Assembly (NCBI RefSeq): GCF_036321535.1
Contig: NC_087437.1
Coordinates: 14,076,001 to 14,140,000 of the forward strand
Length of the DNA stretch: 64,000 nt
Direction of reading: 5' to 3'
Source: Camelus dromedarius
Taxonomy: Eukaryota
Position 1 is the first letter of the stretch; each line of letters opens with the position of its first letter. The position numbers were made by a program, and so were the translations under genes. This document shows positions 12,501 through 37,719 of this stretch, piece after piece. A model generated the notes under the pieces. That model was not told where the DNA came from. It was given only the letters and a program-made list of their open reading frames with translations, and made no database searches.

Positions 12501-15500
12501 ACGGAAATGTTCTGGAATTAGATAGTGGTGATAGTGTACAACACTGTGAATAAGAACTACTAAATTGTACACTTAAAAAATAGTTAAAATTCTGAATTTT
12601 ATGTAACATGAATTTTATCTAAAACAAACAAAGCCACACTAAACTAAAAGCATCTCCTCTAAGTATCTACCATGGTTCTAACAAACACAGAAAGATAAAA
12701 CAAACAAAAACCCCCAGAAGCCAACCTTGGGAAGATTATCACCAACACTGTGTACTGTGAACACAGTAGTAACTAAATTTAACCACTCCAAGCAACAGGC
12801 CTCCATAGTCTGGAACCTATTGATGGTATCAATATGGTAAGAATCATCAATGGGCCAATTATTGGTTGGTAATGGTAATTATTGGTTAGGACTTGGACAA
12901 GACATTTGGTGCTAAAAAAAAAAAAAAAGTGTTGATTTACAACCAAAGAGGTAGCACTTTTGATTTGTTCCACCTTAATTACAAAGATGGAATCTTTGAA
13001 TATAAGTATACAGTTATGAACACACTTTTGGTTGGAGAAGACTTTGACTAGACAATCAATCTCACAAGACCCTAAGAGGCCACCCTCAACATTGGTTCAC
13101 TTAGAAGCACAGGATGAAAGGAGGTAGAGTATGTCACCAAGGCAACATCAAATGAGTTTCTTTAGCAAGGTCCTCACAGTAATCCACATAGCAGTCCAGG
13201 ATCTACCCATGACTCCTGTGTCCCACTGGTGACAGCTCAGGTTTGAAGGATCGAAACCACAATGGGTAAGTATGGGTGCCACCCTGTCTTAGAAGCTTCA
13301 TGCTCCACAGAAGCCATCACCTCTAGTAACAGTCCTCTGGGCACAGCTTCGAGGGTCCTAGCAAGGGACATGACCAGGTGCAAGCACTTCCCTTTACACT
13401 CAGGGAAACCCAAAGCTAAGCCCAAAGTATCCTACCAGATATTTACAGTTCGTTTACAGGCCTTCCTATAAGTTCAGAGGCAGTTTATCAAACAGATGTT
13501 ATTTTTACTGTAAGTAATGTTGCTTGGAAACATAGCTGATAGGCCACCTATCCCATTTCCAGAGTAGCAGAGCTAGAAGGTTAACTGAATTTGTCCATAG
13601 AGAAGATTTTTTAAAAATCCTTTCCTCACATCATGCTAGACAAGTCTCAGACCCATGACATCATCCTAGTGGGTGGCTCTATCTGAATCTCCAAAATTCA
13701 GAAACTTATAAATTCTTAAGATTTTTTTCAACAGCAAGACATTTTTAAAAAGCATCAATCTTGATATAGGTATTACACATGTTTGCAGCTATGTAGGTAA
13801 TCATCTTGTCCCTTGTCTAGAGATAAATTTGAAAATATTCAGAATTTGCTGCTCTTTGATATCACCCCCTTTCCTTCAGTTTTGAAACCATTGGTGGAGT
13901 CGTGACTATTCTGATTAAGTGCAATACAACAGTTCATACCAAGCAGACTTAGACCTTCACATCTACTTTGACAATCAGCCTGGTGATCTCATTTGGGTTT
14001 ATGAAACCAAGGGGGCAATTCATGAAGGGTATGAAGGATAACAACCAGCTTGGCAAGTTTCAAGTCACAGGCATCCCTACAGCACCCTTTGGATTTGCAC
14101 AAACTGAAGTAACTTTTAATACTGATGCCAACAGCATCTCAAATGTATTTGCTGTAGATAAGAAATCAAGAAAAGAGAAGATTAAAAGACTAATGTCATG
14201 GTGTTTGAGCATGGAAAACATCGAGTATACGGTCCAAGAGACTTAAAAATACAAAGTTGGAGATGAGAAGCAGAAAGGCAAAATATACCCTAAGAATTTG
14301 CTCTGATCCTGTGTAGTCAACAGTAAGGCCACGGTAGAAGAGGAGACATGTCCAAGCAGAATCAAAGATGAAATCAAATAGAAGATTCTTTACAAGTGCA
14401 ATGGAATCAACAAGTGGCTGGTTAAGAAGCAGATTACTGAGGAGGAAGAATTTAACATCAGTAGAAAGAGATGGAGAGGGTCCAAAACCCCACCATTGTC
14501 ATAGTGAACCAGAGAACCGGAACCATTCTGGGTGGTTCATCCCACCAGGCTGCCTCTTCGGGAACTGTGACTGCAAAAATAGACTGAGCTGACCAAAACA
14601 CAATATAGTACGTTCCACAGAGTCAGGAAGTTTGAAGGACTCTAATTTGTAGGAAGTCAGTTCAGTGAGTCTTTAAAAAATCATTATTTGAGCTGCTATT
14701 TAATATATTACTTATTATAAATAATATAACCTACAATAGTAAATTATATCAAATATTATTTAAATAAGTAATATATTAACTACATTATTATATTTTAATA
14801 TATTTAAAGTTATAGACATTTTGAATACTTGAATATATACAGAGAAAGAAAATAATACAGGATCACTTTATCCATATAATAAATAAGTGGAAAGTGCTAT
14901 TCAGGGCAGAACACAAAGCTGTTTTCAAATTGGCATCATTTGAAAAAAAAAAAATGTGAGCCCAGAGCACTTGGTGTGAGACTGCCTTTCCCCAGTTCCA
15001 AACATCTAACCCTTCCTACCTTCCATCACTCACAGCACTGCTGACTTGAGACTACCAGGATTGGGGTCATTATATTCTTTACCTCTGTTTATGTCATCAA
15101 AAAAGAAGTCCCATATTCCCACGTCACCACTTGCCTACTGTGTTCTAATTCCCTGCATAGTTCCTATTTAGTCTTGCTCTCCCTACCCGTCCCTGCGCCC
15201 CAACTCCTGACACCTTTCCACCATGACCCCTGGAACTCATGGTCTTTCGGTAGCATAATCACATACTGCTTCAGTCTCTTCTCTGAATGGACCCTTCACC
15301 TTCTCTCTCTGACTAAAACCTGAATGTTCCAAGAGGGTCTATTTCCCTTGTAGGCCTCTTACGTGATAGATGTTTTCCCCACATCACTCATCCCGTGGGC
15401 CTGGCGTTGGAGTCTGTGTTTTTCTTGATATTCATTGCCACTTCCAGGCTCTCTGACCTTCCTCCTGTCTAAACCCGTCTCCCCAGGTTTGAATTTTGTG

Positions 15501-18500
15501 TCACGAGACTCTACTGCCCTCTATCCTTTTCGGCTGCATTCACCCGCTCTCAGATCACTCTCCCTCATTGCCTAAGGATTTTAGCTTGATTCACTATTAC
15601 TCTTATTAATATTACTCCTATCCTAATTATTAATGATTTCAAAATCATGTTCATTCTAACACTCGGGCCTGTCAGTTTCTTGCGTTCTTCACCTATAGTG
15701 GTATTTTCCTTTATATTACTTCCCTCACTCATTCTAAAGGACACACCCTCTACCTTATCAATATCAACAACTCAGACACAGCATAATCCTACATTTAAGC
15801 ACTTTTATCTCTGACCATAGTCTCCTATCTTTCCACTCACTCCCACTAGGACCTCAATTCCAGTGATCCTTCAATCCCAGGACCTACCATCCAGCGATCA
15901 TGTTACCTTCCCAGGGCCCTTTGGCTCTCCCCACCCCCAACCATGTCCTTCCCTAACTAGCTTCAGTTTGATGGCCAGTTTCATAACCACTCCTCTGAAT
16001 ACATCTTTAATGCACTGCCCTCTCTCACTTCGTGTTATTTGCTTGGCTTCCCCCAACCTGGTTAAATCCAACTCTTTGCCTGCACTCCTATAACTGAATG
16101 TAGTGGAGAAAAAAAAACCTAGCCATAATTATTATTTTAGGTTATGTTCCTTGGAAGCAGATCCTGAGAGAAAGATTTGTGTGCAAGCGACTTATTAAAG
16201 AAACACTTAAGAAACCAATCAGGAGGGAGAAGCAGGTCAGGGAAGGGGAGAAAGCCAAGCCAGAGTATGACCGGAGACAAAGTCCTCAGAGGGTAGCTTC
16301 AGCCTATCTCATAACAGAAAGGGGACACTGCAGTGTAGTCACACCTGAGAGTTATCTTATATCAAAAGCACTAATGATGGTGAGTTCATACTCCTGAACC
16401 CATGAGTCACTGGTTAAGGGCTGTATCAGGCACTACAGCATTCAGTGCAAAAGAGGCTCCAGGAGGACAAGGGCAAGCCAAAAGAGAGACACAGGTGCTG
16501 GCTACTGGAAGTGGAAGCCACCAAACCAGGGTATGCATGGAAATGGTAAAGAAGAATCCAAGAGAATCTGGGCAAAGAATCAATATCTAATAAAATAACT
16601 ACTCTTACTTCAAATTCATGACCATGAACCTCAGAGTGACCTCTGACAGCAATCATAATTATACTTCCTTAGCCTGTTCATTCTCCCATGCTCTTGAATG
16701 AGTATTTCAATTTCTCCTCTCTCTTCAAACCTCCAACACCTTGTCCACCATCTTCACTCTCAGCTGATTACCCAGCTTTCTATTTCACTGAGAAATGAAA
16801 GCAATCAAGTGAGAACTTTCACAAGCTTATGCTACCACATCTCCAGCACCTGTACCCATATACTGTCTTCCCTGCAGAGTCTGTAGAAGAACACCTACAT
16901 TTCCATCTAAGGACAATCCCTTCTCCTATGAATTAGATCCCATCCTACTCTTGCCTACTCAAGGACTTCATTCTAGCCCTCTCTCCTGAACAAATTTTTC
17001 TCTCTCTTCTGGGTCACTGCCATCAACATACAAACATGCTGCCTTTTTAAAGACTTTTATTACACACACATCTTCCTCTACATAAAACATTTATTTCCTT
17101 CTTTGTAGAAAACTTGAGTTGTTTATACTCCTTGCTCCAACTCCTCTCCTCCTATTTTCTCTTGAATCCCTGTCAATCAAGCTTTAATTCCTGTCTTCCC
17201 ATCAAAGTTACTTTTTCAAAGTCACTATTACTGCTATGGTATCAAACTACAGTTTCCCCCCACCTCTCTGGCCACTCCTTCTGAGACTCCTTTTAGGTTC
17301 TTCCTTAATTCAACTTCTAAATATTGGGGTGCCTGGGAATAAGTCTGCAGACCTCCTCTTTCTTTATGTAGACTCACTTTCAAGGTAAGCTCTATGCTCT
17401 CATGGCTTAAAATACTTTCTCTATGTCAATGACTCCCAAATGTATATGTCCAGTTCAGACCTCTGCCCTGACCTCCAGACTCATATATCCTGCTTACTGT
17501 ACATATCCACTTGAATGTCTAAAAGGCATTTTGAAACTTAATATTCCAAAACTGAGTTCTTGATATTTCCCTTCAAATCTGATTCTCTACAGTCATATCT
17601 ATTTCAAGATACTTCCATCCTTCCAATTACCAAGACAAAAATGGAATACTGTTTGTCTCCTCTTTTCTTTCATACCAGACATCTGATCAGTCAGTAAATC
17701 CTTCAAAATATAACCACTTCACACCTATTCCACACTACCATCCTGGTCCGTGCTACTAATCTCTCTCTACTGAGTCACTGCAACACACTCCAAACTGGTT
17801 TCCTTGCCTTTGCCTCTGTCAGTCAAATACAATAGGCAAAGAGATTTTGTTAAAAAAGACAAATCACTTCCCTGTTCTGCTGCCAAATCCCTAATCTCTC
17901 ACCATTTCAACTCAGAGTAAAGAATCAAATCCTTTATAACAGCCAACAGAGTTCCTGCTGCCTTCGCTTACACAACTCCAGGCACACTAGCTTGTATTCC
18001 CTCCACACATTGAGCACACAATTTATTCATCCCGTCTACTGGTGGTGAACATTGTGTTTTGTTCCTATATTTTTGTCATTGCAAACCATGCAATGAACAT
18101 TTTTTGAGTTTATCTCCTGATACCATAGTACAAGAATTCCTTGTAAGAGAGTACAACTAGGAATAGAATTGCTGTGTCATGGGGCATGTGTATCTTCCCA
18201 TCTTCATCATTACAGGATTGTGCCAAATTGTTTTCTAAGATAGTTACATCCTCACTGATACTGCATAAGTCTGTTATCTCATACCCTGCTTGATATTGTC
18301 AGACTTTTTTTAAGTCAATATGATGGTGTAAAATGGCATCTCGTCATTTTAATTTGCATTTCCCAAATTACTACAATGTAATGAGGTTTAGCATCTTCAA
18401 GTCTTTTGCCCACTTTTCTATTGGGCTATTGTAGTTCTTTAATCTGGATATTAATCTTTTATCCTTATATACTATGCAAATATTTTCTTTTGTAATTTCA

Positions 18501-20950
18501 CTTTCTTTAAGGATTCTTTTACTGAAAATTTACCAATCATTTCCTTCATGGTTTGTGCTTTTGTCCTTTTTAAGATTTTATTCTCTACTCCAAAGTCTTA
18601 AAAATCATCTCTTATAAGTCTTCCAAGTGTTTATAGTTTTGCCTTTAACATTCAAGTCTGTAATCCAACTGAAACTGTGTAAGGTAGTTAAGGAAAGGGT
18701 CTAATTTCGATTTTTTCATATCGATAACAATCATCCCTGTATAATTTATTTAAAAATCCTTCCCTCTCTCCAACCCCACATACACTTATTCTCAGTGCTA
18801 GCACTGTCACATACCAGAGTTCTATAAATATGTGGGTCTTTTTGTGGATTCTATGCTATTTTATTGATCTGTTTGTCTATCTCTGCACTTAATAACATGC
18901 CGTCTTTATTCAAATTTCCCACTTTGTTCTTCTTCTGGAGTGTTTTTGCTACTCTTAGCCCTTTGCTCTTGTACATAAAATTTAGCAGTAATTTTTCAAA
19001 TTAGAGAAAAATATTAAGATTTTGATTGCCATTACACTGAATCTATAGATCAGCTGGAAAAAAAGAGACATTCACAATATTGAATTCACTATTCGAGAAT
19101 ATGGCATCCCTCAATTTATTTAGTTCTTTTTAAAGTCCTAATACAGTTTTATAATTCCCTCCACAAAGGAGGGAATTATACTATATATTATGCACATACT
19201 TCATGAATATTTGAGAAATTTGTATTTTTGATGCTCTTGTTAATTATATTTCTCTGAAAATTATATTTGTACACATTTGTTGCTAAAGTTCAGAAGTGCA
19301 ATTGATTTTTGCATTCTGAACTTTGATTAAACTCTTTTATTATCTGTAGATTACTGGCTCCTTACTCTGTATATCAAAACACTTTCTAAACATGTATCTG
19401 TTAGCTGTCTTCTGTTGATTTCTAAAAAAAAATGTTTTAAGAATGACACTTTAGAATTTCTGAAACTTCCTTTGTGGCCTAACATGTCTTCAATTTTCAT
19501 AAACTTTTTCATGTGTCTTGGAAATAAATGTGTATTCTCTGTGGGCTAGTTCCATAAATATATACTATTTATGTCACAACGAATTCCACTTATCAAGCCA
19601 ATTCTGGTTTATTTAACGTTCAACTTCACTCAGAATTAAGTATCTTTCACTTAGATAATTTTCGAAGAACTCTAGGAGATAAATATTACTATCTTCATTT
19701 TGTCAAAGAAGGATTCAATGCTCAAAAGGGTTAAATAACTTGTCCAGATTGCCACAGCAAATTTGAACTTTGATCTGTTAGTTTGTTTACAACGCAAGGC
19801 TTCTAGGCTAGAAACCTCAGCCATTTTTTTTTAAATTTCACCTTCTTCTTCATCCTACAATATCTACTGCAACAGGTGCCTTTTAATTCTATACCCCCAA
19901 ATTCTCTGATCCATCTCTTTCTCTTTTTAATTTCTCTGAAATTGGTAGTCAAGGAATACAAATGCCAGTGATAAATGCCACTGGTATACAGTGCTATTAC
20001 AGTGTTTAAGACCCTTCACCTATATTTCTTCATTTAATTACCAGGATTACTCAGAACAGGCAGATATTTGTTACAGATTATGCACCTAGTTCTCAGAAGG
20101 TTCATGTAACAAAGTTTTAAAATTCTCAGGCAATAAGTGGCAGACCTAATTTTCTGGAAGCCAGGACTGCTTCTATAGCTCTGTATTTATCAAAATACTA
20201 TTTTTAGAATAAAGTTTCTTTTTAGACTATTTTCTATTATAAAACATCAGACTAGAGCCAGATTTATGGTGGGTAACAGTATTCTCAGGATGATCATCCA
20301 GTTCCATTCCCTAACTCCAAAAAGAACTAAAGCCCAAAGTGGTGCTGTCATTTGCTAAGTGGAAGGGCTAGGATTAGAATTCAGATCCCACAGCTGGTGC
20401 CATTAACTCAGTCTCCAAGAATATGGCCAGTGTGAAGGGAATTACATCTGCTTTTCAGAAAAAAAGATCTAATGGTTATAGAACAAAAGTTGAGGAAAGG
20501 CCTCTTCATATACCACAGAGCTTCCAACGGTAATTGATTCACTGAATCCTCGAGGTACTTAATTGTTAAAGATTTCTTCTCATAGCTGGAATCGTGAATG
20601 TTACCGTGTTTCCATCATTGCCCTCGAAATGGAGATACCTAGAATGAAATTCGGGTGATGGCAGCTCCCGCCTGCAGAGTGTGTGTCACTGTAGGAAAAA
20701 GAAACCTGATGGGGGAAATTGGGAGTTTCCCACCCAGAGCGAAAAGAAGAAAAGCACAAGGTACAGATAACGTTTCTACGGGGGAAGGCCGGCGGCGATA
20801 CCTGTACTGGGCAACGGTCAGCTTGGCCTCGGGCTCAGCCCCAAAGCCGGGCAAATGCTGTTTTAGGTAGGCCTCCAGGGACCTGCAGTCGAACTTGTGC
20901 TGGGGCAGCACTTCAACCGTGTCGGGCTCGCGGGAGGCCCTGGTCTCCAT
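6431..20950 (-). CDS. ACAD11: Acyl-CoA dehydrogenase family member 11, 5' part (coding exons 1-5; N-terminal APH/kinase-like domain); gene continues beyond the left edge
   Basis: Exons 20802-20950, 10803-10902, 9252-9377, 8228-8389 and 6431-6595 are all GT-AG and splice in frame: [21 protein letters not shown]...[16 protein letters not shown]...[14 protein letters not shown]...MEHVQ/GRIFRD...[13 protein letters not shown]...[17 protein letters not shown]. Contains the HGDxxxxN phosphotransferase motif. Confidence 0.96.
7245..7435 (+). mobile_element. MIR SINE
   Basis: Core GCCTCAGTTTCCTCATCTGCAAAATGG...TAGGGTTGT...GCCTGGCATATAG. Confidence 0.8.
7959..8074 (+). mobile_element. Short L1 3' terminus (cetartiodactyl-type)
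   Basis: GTAACCTATAATGAAAAAGAATATG...TGCTGTACATCAGAAATTGA...ACTATACTTCAATAAAAA. Confidence 0.7.
8228..8389 (-). CDS. ACAD11: ACAD11 exon 4 (162 nt)
   Basis: [58 protein letters not shown] flanks. Confidence 0.95.
8866..9008 (+). mobile_element. Short L1 3' terminus
   Basis: ATAGGGAATATAGCCAA...ATGAATCACTATG...TCAACTATATTACAATTTAAAAA followed by an A-rich tail. Confidence 0.65.
9020..9096 (+). mobile_element. MaLR (MLT1-like) LTR fragment
   Basis: TGCTGACACCTTGACTTCAAACTTCTAGCCTCCAAAACTGAGAGAATACATTTCTGTTGTTT. Confidence 0.7.
9252..9377 (-). CDS. ACAD11: ACAD11 exon 3 (126 nt)
   Basis: [46 protein letters not shown] flanks. Confidence 0.95.
10803..10902 (-). CDS. ACAD11: ACAD11 exon 2 (100 nt)
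   Basis: tag|A TCA GGA CAG TCC AAT CCA...CAC CAG|gtatg; [33 protein letters not shown]. Confidence 0.95.
12074..12640 (+). mobile_element. L1M (MB-like) 3' fragment inserted in the HSPA8 pseudogene
   Basis: ACCCAGCAATTCCACTCCTAG, GATGAATGG..AACAAAATGTGGTAT, AGCCAGTCACAAAAGGCCATATATT. Flanked by a 16-bp repeat with 14/16 identity (12058-12073 and 12641-12656). Confidence 0.88.
13061..13630. mobile_element. LTR-like insertion (MER21/ERVL-like) within the HSPA8 pseudogene
   Basis: About 570 bp of non-HSP70 sequence between the GEDFD and LDKSQ coding blocks; AGGCCACCCTCA..TTCACTTAGAAG start and CA end. Family assignment is from memory. Confidence 0.5.
15200..18000 (+). mobile_element. Long L2 LINE remnant (interrupted by an LTR)
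   Basis: C/T-rich L2 hallmarks: TCTCTGACCA..CTCCTATCTTTCCA, GACTCCCAAATGTATATGTCCAG..CAGACCTCT..CCTGA.CTCCAGACTCATATATCC, CTCAGAGTAAA. Confidence 0.75.
16130..16590. mobile_element. MaLR (MLT1-like) LTR nested in L2
   Basis: GAAGCAGATCCTGAGAGAAAGATTTGTGTGCAAGCGACTTATT; purine-rich block that breaks the pyrimidine-rich L2. Confidence 0.65.
18020..19545 (-). mobile_element. Old L1M fragment
   Basis: T-rich antisense L1 3' region: AGGAATAGAATTGCTGTGTCAT, TTTAATTTGCATTTCCC, TTTGCCCACTTTTCTATTGGG, TGAATCTATAGATCA. Confidence 0.8.
20802..20950 (-). CDS. ACAD11: ACAD11 coding exon 1 (149 nt)
   Basis: ATG GAG ACC at 20950; [17 protein letters not shown]; donor AG|gtatc, phase 2. Confidence 0.93.
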
Positions 20951-21750
20951 GATCGTTGCTGCCTTCTCAGACCAGAGAGCCGCAGAAACAAGTCTCCGGG
21001 GATCGGACACCACTGGGGAGGCGGTGCCACGCAGTAGCCAGGGGCGAGGCCGGAACGCCCCCGGAAGCCGGCTCGCGGCCCCAGCCAATCACACACCGCA
21101 GGCGCTGTTGCTGGGCAACACTGGCTGGCCGATTCTTAGGACTTGGGCATTAGTCGGGAAATCCCAGAAGGGCCTCAGGTGTATTTGGGTTTTAAATTTT
21201 CAGTCAGCCTCAGAGTTGGAGGCCTCAATTCTAAAGAAAGCAAGCAAAGTAAAGTTAGTCCCTAAGGGCAAGTAAGAACGGCCTGGCCTCTCCCACCTCC
21301 AAATTTAATGCACCAGCAGGCGGAAGACCCATAGGGTCCGGTTCAGAAAAGGGCCCGTCAGGACCTCGAACCCAGGAATAAAAGATCCCGGGGTTACTCC
21401 TAGTCGCCCGGTTGGAAAGGCAACATCACAGGCCGTGGGCTCTGGACACCTATGACCCCTGTCCTGCTGCGGCCTGGTCTCTTGGCCCAGGCGAAGAAGG
21501 AAGCTGAAAGGGGCGGGTTTTTTTTAATCTGAGGGGGGAGCAATGACTGCAACGCACCGGAAGCGGCCCGTGGGCGGCCGCAGGGAGCTGCGGAGACGTG
21601 TCGGTCCGGGAGGCGCTGGGAGCGCTTCCCCCGGGGTCTGGGTTAGGAAGGCTGCCGCGAGGTCCTCGCGGGACCAGCAGGCCTAGCAGCGTGGGTCGGC
21701 GGCGGCGGCGAAGGCCGGGGCTGGGAGCGCTGGCAGCCGGGGTCCCAGCC

Positions 21751-36619
<14,869 letters not shown>

Positions 36620-37161
36620 ATAACGGACTGGCCTGTGTTTTATTTCCTGTGTTTAAGCCTATTCCCTTGCAATTAAAAAAAATCATTTTAAAACAGAAAA
36701 CTTGGGGCAACATCAATTGATGTATCTTCACTAAATTGTTATACTTTTTGAAAATACTGTTGAGTATTGCTTGTTGCTCCCCTCCCCTTCAACTAAATCA
36801 GATACTCTCCTAAAATTCATGTCTTGTTCTAGGAAGAAAACTTCAAAGGATTAATGTAGGCAGTTACAAGTCTTATCCAAACTTAGCCATTGAACTGTTT
36901 TGGCTTTTTGGGAAAGGTAGGAAGAAAGGACCATTCTGATGCCACATTCCTTTTCTTTCCAGTAATCCTTTGTAGTCCGTTGCCTGAGGCCAGTGGACAA
37001 TACAGTAGTGTGTGGTCAAATATAGGGAAAGGACAAGAGATAGAACATACCGATTGGAGCCAGCACGCATCTACTCATTGTGTTTGGAATTGCTCCCTAC
37101 AAGAAAACTGGCCACTACTGCTAACCTGGCCAACGATGAATTTCAAATAGTTAACCCTTAA

Positions 37162-37719
37162 AATAAAAACATCCTCTCAAATGTTTCCTGATGAAATACA
37201 AGTTGAAATGTAGTCAGTAGAAAAGTTTGCAAACCTGTGAATTTTATATTCAAAACGAGACAAAGGCAAATAAAAGGAAGCTCTCTTCACGGATAGTCAG
37301 ATAAAGGTATTTTCAGGATGTACAAATTATATTTCTGCACCGAATAAGGAAAAGCATTTCATCGGTGGGACACATATCTGAGTCAGTGTGCTTTACTGAG
37401 GAGCAAAGGATAAATTTAGGCTAAGATCATCTGAATTATACCCATCATATGGGCTACCTCCTGAATACTTTATTTCATTTAAATTTGATATTTTAACATT
37501 GGCAAGGATTTGTCCTGGATAGTGGGCAATGAAAGAGGCCTAAATTGTCTCTGCAATGACTGACATGTATTTCTTCTTGGGGAAGAGTATCATTTTCCCT
37601 GATCATGACCACTCAATCATAAACTGATAAACTGGTTTTGTCTGGAGTTCGCATACAAATAATGAAGGCTTAGAGAGCCTTGGTTGAAATAAATTCCTAA
37701 TGATTTAATGACCAATAAA
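37162..37719 (+). terminator. Candidate UBA5 polyadenylation signals (AATAAA at 37162, 37269, 37688, 37714)
   Basis: Hexamers downstream of the UBA5 stop; the sequence alone cannot show which is used. Confidence 0.4.

Larger units (their letters stand above)
11700..14954 (+). pseudogene. HSPA8 (HSC70)-derived processed pseudogene, heavily decayed, in ACAD11 intron 1 (antisense to host)
   Basis: Colinear, intronless similarity to HSPA8 mRNA: 5'UTR-like stretch near 11710; GGAAAGTGGAGATCATTGCCAAT (GKVEIIAN); TTTGATGCCAAGTGTCTGATTGGACGC (FDAKxLIGR); GGAGAAGACTTTGAC (GEDFD); CTAGTGGGTGGCTCT (LVGGS); GACAATCAGCCTGGT (DNQPG); KDNNQLGKF; degenerate terminus with TGA at 14585-14587; 3'UTR ending AAATTGGCATCAT then A12 at about 14943-14954. 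Many stops and frameshifts. Confidence 0.92.

Noticed and set aside
20795..20801. ACAD11 intron 1 donor GTATCG as a possible U12-type intron
   Set aside because: It does not match the strict GTATCCTT consensus, and I see no U12 branch point near the acceptor
20951..21088. TTG-initiated N-terminal extension of ACAD11
   Set aside because: The start lies in the CCAAT box, probably upstream of the TSS. GC-rich sequence lacks stops by chance, and the ATG at 20950 gives the expected 149-nt exon.
21598..21750. GTG-initiated 51-aa in-frame N-terminal extension of UBA5 in the ORF track
   Set aside because: Stop-free stretches are expected in a CpG island. The ATG at 21751 has a strong Kozak context and gives the canonical 404 aa.
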